64,000 bases of DNA from assembly GCF_009914755.1 (NCBI RefSeq), contig NC_060932.1; one strand, given 5' to 3'. Of the stretch, positions 43,139 through 64,000 are shown one piece after another (the stretch's first letter is position 1; each line of letters starts with the position of its first letter). The notes beneath the pieces are model-generated. The model made no database searches. It was not told where the DNA came from and saw only the letters and a program-made list of their open reading frames with translations. This stretch comes from the human T2T-CHM13v2.0 reference genome, Homo sapiens. The translations under genes and the position numbers were made by a program.

Positions 43139-43591
43139 GTATTCATTTGATACTTAATTTACGTAGGGCAATTATTTGGAAAATCTTAATATGAGATCAT
43201 CCTCCTATTTTTAATTAGAATTTATTTCTGCCTTTGTCTCTTAAGATGCTATTAAAACTGCATTGTATTTAATTTATACATTTATAAGATTTGACATTTT
43301 TCTAAAAGAAATGGAAGAGAAATTTTATGTCATCTGTTGTCTCTGAAATAGTTTCCGGATTGTATTTAGGAGACAGAGTTTAAGTACTGAGAATACAGTT
43401 ATATGTAATTGATTTACAGTTCTTTCATATTATCAGAAATCTGATCAGACCAAAAGAAGATAAAAACTAATATTATGCTAGACTTTGAAAAATCTAGACC
43501 TCAAGAGAGAGTGTCTAGCTTTTCAGGGATCTTAAGTTTGCCCTCTTTCTATAACTCTGGGCCCCTTGTTCCTTTCACAGTTTTCAGTTGA

Positions 43592-46866
<3,275 letters not shown>

Positions 46867-46879
46867 AGGCTTCTTCTTA

Positions 46880-47355
46880 TAGAATCAACTAAAAACTCCC
46901 AATACTAGCTTTCTCTAGCCTTATCTGGCTTGAGGGCAGGCATATCACGTAAGTTTTACAGATGGGTATGCTTCTTTTAGACTGAATCATGAGCTGGTCC
47001 TAGTAAGTCATAGCATTGAGAGTGATGGAGAATCCATTGTGGTGGTGGGTAGCGGCAACAGCGACAGTAAAATCTAGTTTCCGGGGACAGCACTTGCAGG
47101 AGTGTAGCTGCTGCTTTCAGGGTCTGGTCCGGGTGGCTACGGGTGACAGGAGCTGTGGAATCTACTGTTGAGATTCTTCACCAGACTAGTGTTGGCTCTC
47201 ATCCTGACTGCATGCCTCCTTTGCCCTTTTTTCTAGTCAGATTCTTTAGCCTTTTTAATAATTCTGTAGGCGACCTAAAATCTACTCAGTAAATCAATAT
47301 TCTGCTTAAGTTGACCAGAGTTGGTTTATGTTGCTTGTGACTAAGAACACTGGTG
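46880..47355 (+). mobile_element. Old ERVL-type LTR fragment (LTR33/MLT-like)
   Basis: 3' end TTCTGCTTAAGTTGACCAGAGTTGGTTTATGTTGCTTGTGACTAAGAAC. Confidence 0.5.
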
Positions 47356-47492
47356 GTAGCACCTCTCCTTGGAATATGTGTTTTTTTATGTCTTTTTTTC
47401 TGTGTTTTCGTGAGATAAAGACAGTTTTGGTTCTGTCACCTCTTAAGTACCTGAGAAATTGTTAAGCAAATTGGTGTTCATTATTATTTCAG

Positions 47493-47600
47493 GTGTGCTA
47501 TGATTTGGGCGCAGCATACTTCCAGCAAGGCTCCACAAATTCAGCTGTCTATGAAAATGCCAGGGAAAAATTTTTTAGAACCAAAGAACTAATTGCAGAG
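47493..47600 (+). CDS. INTS8: INTS8 exon 7 (VCYDLGAAYFQQGS...TKELIAE)
   Basis: TTCAG acceptor and GAG|GTAAAT donor. 108 nt. Confidence 0.96.
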
Positions 47601-48749
47601 GTAAATCCAGTCATAATAGGAACTTAATGTTCAGTTCTTTAAAACATCTATACATTTTTTTGGCTTTGATTTTTCTGATGATAAAAACGTGTTCATTATT
47701 ATAAATGTGTGATGTTCAAGAAAGTACTAAAACTGGTTTTTAAAAATCTGTAGTAATATAACCTGGAAATATAACCCCTTTTATAAATCTAGTAAATTTT
47801 CTTCCAGCTTTTTTCTCTGTTTTTGTACAGTTAAGCTCATATTGTAAATACTCTGTATCTTGCTTAAATCTTTGACTAGGCATTATAAATGTATCATATT
47901 ATGTGGAAGTACTCTGATTTACTTCATTTCCCTTATGTTTGGGCATTTAGGTTTATTATACAGCTGCAATATTTGTATCTGCAAGCCTAAATTTTTCTTC
48001 AGATTTCAGATATGTTTAAGTTCCTACAATTATTGCCATGTCAATGGTTATGTATTTTTCTAAGGCTATAATTTATCAAACCACATTACTTTCCAGGTAC
48101 ATTTCTCACAGAGCACTTCAGTTAGCAGTGAGTGTTTAACAAATTTTTATTTTTATTTTTTTGCTAACTTGATTGGTGAAATATAGTATCTTTTATAAAC
48201 TTGGCTTTCATTAATTCCTAATATGGGTAAACATTTTTACTGTGTTTATCATTTGCATTTTTCTTTTTTATGATTCAGATGACTGAATTGTAAACCTAGT
48301 ATATCTATAACTAGGTTTTTATATGGCTGGTGCCTGGAAAAATTCCCACTTCAATCTGCTGTCCTTAGTAGAGATATTGATTAAATGCCCTAGAGGTTTA
48401 AATGCTCTGACTATTCTAGATAGACCCATTAGAAATACTCATTTTACTTTGCTAGGAAATTAATCTGCTTTCTAATTTTATGGTATTTCAGGTATAGTAA
48501 TTTAAAACAAATATTTTTTCAAACTTTTTTTTTTTAATCCTGTTTGGGTAGAAGCATTTCTATTCTTTCCAATTGAGTGATGATTATGCTCTTTGCTCGC
48601 TCCTTTAAATCTCTGCTGGTATGTGTCTTTTAAAACCTTTAAGCTTGTTTTTAATTTTAACCCTGTTTGCTCTTTGTTAATGTCTTGTCATACATACTTG
48701 GTATGATAATGATGTCCACCTTTTGTATGTTGGCCTGAAAACTCTAAGC

Positions 48750-48955
48750 TTCAGCAAACTTTCTTTGTAAAGGGTCAGTTAGCAAATATCTTAGGCTTTC
48801 TGGGCCACATTCAGTCTCTATTGCATATTCTTACCATTTTTTTGGTCCCCTTTGCATAGTTTACGGCCCACAAAAATTGTTCTTAGCTCAAGGGACGAAC
48901 AAAAACAGACCATAGGCTGGATCTGGCCTATGAGCAATAGTTTTTTGACCCCTGT
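48750..48955. mobile_element. MER58-type hAT element
   Basis: CAGCAAACTTTCTTTGTAAAGGGTCAG ... TAGTTTTTTGACCCCTG. Confidence 0.7.
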
Positions 48956-48999
48956 TCTAAACCTTTAACCTTTTGTTTTTTGATTCTTCCAGTTTTAAA

Positions 49000-49315
49000 T
49001 TTTTCTTTTCTTTTTTTTTTTTTTTTCCTGGGACGGAGTCTCGCTTTGTCACCCAGGCTGGAGTGCAGTGGCGCCTTCTCGGCTCACTGCAACCTCCACC
49101 TCTCCTCCCGGGCTCAAGCCATTCTCCTACCTCAGCCTCCCGAGTAGCTGGGACTACAGGTGCCCGCCACCATGCCTGGCTAATTTTTGTATTTTTAGTA
49201 GAGACAGGGTTTCATCATCTTGGCCAGGCTAGTCTCGAACTCCCGACCTTGTGATCCGCCAGTCTCGGCCTCCCAAAGTGCTGGGATTACAGGCGTGAAC
49301 CGCTGTGCCCAGCCC
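49000..49315 (-). mobile_element. Alu
   Basis: Reverse Alu. Confidence 0.92.
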
Positions 49316-49427
49316 GGCTTGAATTTTTCGTTAGCATTTCCTTGTACTGTTAAAACATGCTAAGGGGGTGCTAGACTATTGTTTATATTACATGAATGGA
49401 TAATGGTGTATACCTCTTACTTTACAG

Positions 49428-49583
49428 ATAGGTTCATTATCTCTTCATTGTACCATAGATGAGAAGCGGTTAGCTGGCTATTGTCAAGCATGTGATGTTC
49501 TTGTACCTTCTTCTGATAGTACATCTCAACAGTTGACTCCATATAGTCAAGTCCATATTTGTTTGAGATCTGGCAACTATCAG
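49428..49583 (+). CDS. INTS8: INTS8 exon 8 (IGSLSLHCTIDEKRLAGYCQAC...RSGNYQ)
   Basis: TACAG acceptor and CAG|GTAAGG donor. 156 nt. Confidence 0.96.
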
Positions 49584-49594
49584 GTAAGGTGTAT

Positions 49595-49800
49595 GAGGGG
49601 GATGCAGTGAAGTTTTGGAAGCCAGACAAAACTAAGTTCAAATCCTCGCACCATCCATTTACCAGTTACGCGTTTTGGGACAAGTCATTTACACTGTCAT
49701 ACTGGCCTGTAACATAATGGTAATAATTATCCCATTTCCTAAGATTCTTATGAGAATCTAGTGAGAAGTTATAGTGCACAAATTCTAAGGCAAAGCATTA
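49595..49800 (+). mobile_element. MIR
   Basis: AAGTTCAAATCCTCGCACCATCCATTTACCAG...GGACAAGTCATTTA MIR core. Confidence 0.6.
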
Positions 49801-50714
49801 TACAGATGTTACTTCATCATTGCTGTTATCTTAAAGGTATAGAGTTGGTCTATCTTAAATAAATTTTGTAAGAAATGCTTGTAAGCAGAACTTTTAACAT
49901 TTAAAAATTGCAGGTAGACAGCTTTTAGTTGTGTGTGTGTGCATTTGTTTAGCAGCTGGGATTGTTGGCTGCTAAGATATTAATAGCTTTTAGTTTTACA
50001 AAACATTAAGTCTTGTGTCTTTTGGATGTGTGGCTTGTAGCCCAGCTTTAGTAGCCCTTCCAAATAGTAAGACTGAAGGAGAAAGGGAGCACAGTGAACA
50101 CGGCAGTTGTTCTGGTGGGTTTGGATGGTCTGTTAGAAACAGAGCCCACCTGCTCTTGAGCCTACTCACCATCTTGATTTGGTTCATGAAAACGCCTTAA
50201 TGAGTCTCTTGAGACTTTTATTGTGCGCGCCCCACCCTCCCCACCAACACGCACACACCTCTGGGTGTTTATCTTCAGTTTTGTTATGAAAATAACTGGA
50301 AATTAGAATTGTGCTTTTAAAGTCTTTATTGGAAAGCCTCCATTCTAGAGAATAAACAGTGCATTCATTCATGTTTAACTCAAAATAGGAATCATGAAAT
50401 GATAAAGCCATAACTTAGTTTTGTGTCTCCAATTGGGTATTATTCCAGCTTTATAGTTCTCTTACCTAGGGGTTTTTTTGTTTTTCACAGAAAATAGGTG
50501 AAGAGAGGAAACAAGATGGCACTTCTTTCCCCTATCTTTGGCCCTTTTTAAAAGTATTGCTTTGTCCTAGGAAAGAAAATTAAACTTTCTTGAAGTTTAA
50601 TTACCGACACAGGTGAATTTAATAAAGACTAGAGCTCTCTCAGTTATAGCTCCCTAGTAAAGGTTTATGAAGGGTGAGATCAATTATCATAAAATACAGA
50701 TTCTTTAACAAGTT

Positions 50715-52176
<1,462 letters not shown>

Positions 52177-52455
52177 AAAATTTTTTTCTAATAACATAGC
52201 TGGATTGCCTCTCATTGACTGATTCCTTTCTTACCTCTCATTTTTGGTCTGTGATCTTCAGTTTTAAAAAAGGGGTAGCAGGGCTGTTTTTGCCCTTAAT
52301 CAAATTTTAGAATTTTAGGAAGAAAAGGTTTTCATAGTAAGATATTTTTGTGATTGTTTTTCAACTTGTATTTTCCATTATAGAAAGACTTGTTTAAAGT
52401 AAAAAAACTTTACCATGATTTTTGAAATGGGTGCAACTTTATGTGTGTGTTCTAG

Positions 52456-52556
52456 GAGGTAATACAGATTTTCATTGAAGACAACTTAACCTTGAGTTTA
52501 CCTGTCCAGTTCCGACAGTCAGTCCTAAGAGAACTCTTTAAGAAAGCTCAACAGGG
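52456..52556 (+). CDS. INTS8: INTS8 exon 9 (EVIQIFIEDNLTLSLPVQFRQSVLRELFKKAQQG)
   Basis: TCTAG acceptor and GG|GTAAGT donor. 101 nt. Confidence 0.95.
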
Positions 52557-52737
52557 GTAAGTAAGTTGAAAAATTACTTCTTGATTTTTGAATAAAACAG
52601 CAAGTGCATTCTGGTTTATCAAAACCACATTTTCAAATTTCCTATGGCTCTGTGACATTATTTTCATGTTGTTAATATAAGGGAAATTAACATAGGGTGG
52701 AGGAACACTCTGGTGTTCCTCCGTCTAGTCTGTTTTA

Positions 52738-53099
<362 letters not shown>

Positions 53100-53312
53100 C
53101 TAATATGTAACTACATTGTCCCTTGATAAATTCAAAACCTATTCTGCTTTCTTTCTCCCCATGATTTGGTATATATTTATTGGTATGCTTGAATATTCTA
53201 AAATCTTACCTCTTAAGAATAAATGGCTCATTCTTGTGAATATAGTTGTATAATATACACCTTTCTTTTGTAGTAAAAATAACATTAGTTGATCTACTTT
53301 TGTATTCTACAG

Positions 53313-53454
53313 AAATGAAGCTCTAGATGAAATCTGTTTTAAAGTTTGTGCCTGTAATACAGTCCGTGATATACTGGAAGGCAGAACAATTAGTGTTCAA
53401 TTTAACCAGCTATTTCTTAGACCAAATAAAGAGAAAATAGACTTTCTTCTTGAG
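53313..53454 (+). CDS. INTS8: INTS8 exon 10 (NEALDEICFKVCACNTVRDIL...IDFLLE)
   Basis: TACAG acceptor and GAG|GTATGA donor. 142 nt. Confidence 0.96.
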
Positions 53455-53899
53455 GTATGACATGTTTTTCTTTCCCCTTTTGATTTATAATTTGCTTTAA
53501 GCTTACCAGTGACCTCTTAATTGCCAAATCCAGTTCCTTTTTTCCTGTCTGCCTTGCCTTTCTGTGCCTGACAATTGGCACTTTTGACAGACTATGCCCT
53601 TCCGCCTGGTCTTCTGCTGTAGCTCTTTTTCTAGTTCGCTCCATGTTTCTTCAGCATCTTTATTGGATTCTCCTTAGTCCTTCATTGACTTCTCTATTGC
53701 TCTTCCTTTAGTATTTCTGTTCATAGAACTTTTGTCCTTGGCTCACTCATCATTTTTTATTTACTTCCAAAGCTTCACTCATCTGTTTCATCACCTGTTT
53801 ACTAAGAACTCCCAAATCAAGCCTCTTGTCTGTCATGTGTGCTGTGGAATCTGTGTTTCTACTGGATCACTCTACTTCTTTCTTAACAGTCTTAATGTT

Positions 53900-59760
<5,861 letters not shown>

Positions 59761-60439
59761 GTGTGTGTCAACGTAAAAAATATTTAGCAATTTCTTGAGA
59801 TTATGGACTTTTACACTAGTTATATTTTATTTTGGCTTCTTATAAATAATATATTAGGAGGAATCCTAATCTAATGAATAAATTCAACATAATATGAAAA
59901 TATTATTTGTAGATAACTAATATGACCATAACTAGTTTCTATTCTTTGTTTGCATTGTTTACTTTTTAAACCTTGGTTACCTTTTTAACTATTCATGAAT
60001 AGCTCATGAATATAGAACCATTAGTTCTATATTCGTGATAAATCACTTACTCTTTTCAATTATTTTCTTTTTGGTTTTAAAAATTTTTTATTTTTTTAAC
60101 TCTTTTCTGACAGGAGCTACTGATTTCTATGGTTTATCACTTAATATAATTTGGCAACATAGTTGATAAATTCTGTGAGAACTGTATAGCATGGTAACTA
60201 GGTTATTCTTTGCTACATGTATACACCTGCACTTATTAAAATGGTCACATTCCATTCCCTCTTTGTGATGGATTGTTATTCCTTGGTCTGGTCTCTTCTG
60301 TTAAGTTACTTAACTAAATCTGTGATTGGTACATTGTTGAAAAAGGAAAATTCAGTTGTTTTTAAATCCAGCCTTTTCAAATTATAATTTACATTTTTAT
60401 AAGTACCCATATTCAAATGAAAATTACTCAAATTCCTAG

Positions 60440-60510
60440 GTATGTTCAAGATCAGTAAATTTAGAAAAAGCTTCAGAGTCTTTGAAAGGAAACATGGCTG
60501 CTTTTCTAAA
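60440..60510 (+). CDS. INTS8: INTS8 exon 11 (VCSRSVNLEKASESLKGNMAAFLK)
   Basis: CCTAG acceptor and AA|GTAAGT donor. 71 nt, frame fits exons 10 and 12. Confidence 0.93.
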
Positions 60511-60892
60511 GTAAGTACCTTTCTTTTCTTTTTTCTTTTTTTTTTAACTTTGAACTTAGTCCTGTGAACAAAAAATCTGTATTATCTTTTGTTTTTGTCT
60601 TGGGTATCTTTTAACCAGGCAGTAACTGGTGTTTGAGAACCCATTAAGTTCGAATTTGTATAGCCACGTGAGACATTAGGATTATATAGTTACCTTTTTT
60701 TAATATTGTGGCATTGACATCACAATTTTAAATAAGGACCAAAGGGAAATTTTAAAATCTATTTTAAAATATCATTATACAGTTTATGTAATGGTGGCTT
60801 TTTAAATGGCTTATTAAAATTGGTTGATATGATTGTTTTTCTCAAACTAAATTATACACTTTTTTGTTTTACAATATTTCTTACTGATCTAG

Positions 60893-61068
60893 GAATGTGT
60901 GTCTGGGGTTGGAAGATCTGCAGTATGTTTTCATGATTTCTTCACATGAGCTTTTCATTACATTGTTGAAAGATGAAGAACGAAAGCTACTTGTTGATCA
61001 GATGAGGAAGAGATCCCCTAGAGTAAATCTGTGCATTAAACCTGTAACTTCATTTTATGATATCCCAG
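60893..61068 (+). CDS. INTS8: INTS8 exon 12 (NVCLGLEDLQYVFMISSHELF...SFYDIP)
   Basis: TCTAG acceptor and CAG|GTTAGC donor. 176 nt. Confidence 0.95.
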
Positions 61069-61307
61069 GTTAGCTCTCTAGTCGGCCAGCCAAAATGTTG
61101 GCATGTTTTGCCCCTCTATTCAAATTAACCTTGAAATATATTTGAGGATTCTCTCTTGTTTTAATTAACACTTGTGTTGGTAATTAATAGAAATTCACCT
61201 GTCTTCCGTATCAGATTTCTGTATAAGCAGTTATGCTCTGGAGCTCTGCCAAGCCAATGATTAGTACAGATTCAGTCCTAGATACATAAAAGATTTTAGC
61301 TGGGGAA

Positions 61308-61732
<425 letters not shown>

Positions 61733-62525
61733 TCAGTCTATATCACTGTGCTAGTATCTGCTGACTGAACAGCTTGGCAGTATTGCTGTTTTTGCCTTGT
61801 TTGATTTTTTTTTCCATTTTTGCCCTTACAAATATAAGTAGAAAATACAATGCTGTTTTTAAATAAGAAACATAAACTTCAACATTTAATATAGATGAGA
61901 GAGAATTCGATTGGTTTAACAAAAGCAAACTTTTAGCTTCTTTGACCTTCACTAGATTTAAACTGGTTGAATGTCCAGTTGTAAAGGAAAAGGGTAAGGT
62001 TAACACAGAAATGCTGGAAATGCATTATTGAAGACCGTATCTGATATCTGAGCTGTAATTAGGGATTTTGGTAATCATTTTTGGTTCTCTGGGAAGAGCA
62101 TGCCCCCTTCTCTCATAAAACACATGCTTAATGTTTATTACTCAAAATTAACATTTTATATATGCTTCTGTTAACACATTATATTCAAAAGTAGTGTATA
62201 AGTTGTGTATGTCTGTAAGTTAATTATTTTCATATATTCCACATAGTTCTTTGCATGAAATATTGATTTTTATCTTGTTTATATTTTCATTATCTTTATT
62301 TTTAAAATGCATTCATTTATTAAATGTAGATATAGTAAAATTTTGTTAGGTTTTCTGTGTGAGGATAAAGTTAATGTGTAATTTATACAATGTTGAATGC
62401 ATCAGTTCTCAAGATGATAGCAGCTTTTAATTTATAGATATAATACAAAATACATAATTTTAAGTAAATTGTTATTCTCGTGTATATCTTTGAATTAAAT
62501 CATTGAAATATAAATCTTTTTTTAG

Positions 62526-62659
62526 CTTCAGCAAGTGTCAACATTGGTCAGTTAGAGCATCAACTTATATTGTCAGTGGATCCTTGGAGGATTAGACAAA
62601 TTTTAATTGAATTACATGGTATGACTTCAGAGCGCCAGTTCTGGACAGTGTCTAATAAG
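62526..62659 (+). CDS. INTS8: INTS8 exon 13 (ASASVNIGQLEHQLILSVDPWRIRQILIELHGMTSERQFWTVSNK); gene continues beyond the window
   Basis: TTTAG acceptor and AAG|GTAAAC donor. 134 nt, cumulative CDS 1641 nt (547 codons). Confidence 0.95.
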
Positions 62660-62862
62660 GTAAACCCTATGTCAAGAACAGATAAGAAAATTGCCCTTGT
62701 TTTCTGAGGTAATTTAATAGAAAAGCTGTTCCCTGACCTTTTTGATAATAAGGACCTCTTACTTAACAGTTTTAAGACCTTCATATGAACATAATTGCAT
62801 TTTTAACATCCATTGACAGAGAAAATAGGAAATGTCAGAAACAAAAAGATACCATTAAATGA

Positions 62863-63881
<1,019 letters not shown>

Positions 63882-64000
63882 GTATTTTTAAAAATTGGGT
63901 TTAAACATACTAGTAGAGAGAAAATAAAAAATTGCTCTAAAAATTAGTTGGGCTTTTTTTTAGCATTGATGCTATTTATTAGTGTGAATTTTTAAGATGA

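Noticed and set aside
53425-53430. AATAAA inside INTS8 exon 10
   Set aside because: Explained by Asn-Lys codons, with no evidence of use as a poly(A) signal.

Overview
Primate (almost certainly human) genomic DNA, not microbial. I recognise it as the DPY19L4-INTS8 interval (chr8q22.1), from the encoded peptides. The window holds three blocks. (1) The last coding exon (728-892) and long AT-rich 3' UTR of DPY19L4. (2) About 29 kb of repeat-dense intergenic DNA with Alus, L1 fragments, LTRs, hAT elements and a piggyBac MITE. (3) The CpG-island promoter and coding exons 1-13 of INTS8 (Integrator subunit 8) on the + strand, which splice at GT-AG junctions into one open frame of 547 codons that continues past the window end. 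I count roughly 70 Alu copies or fragments by eye, and almost all ORFs in the supplied track are Alu or L1 artefacts. I found no evidence of a new gene or a novel multi-gene system. The best leads are RNA-level. One is a head-to-head inverted Alu pair in the DPY19L4 3' UTR, bracketed by alternative poly(A) signals. Another is a 5' splice site regenerated at the INTS8 exon 10/11 junction. Also notable are a candidate poison exon, an unexplained poly(A)-tailed insert inside an LTR, a palindromic 37-bp minisatellite, a templated 33-bp insertion and a MER85 element. Repeat boundaries are approximate and subfamily names come from memory of consensus sequences.
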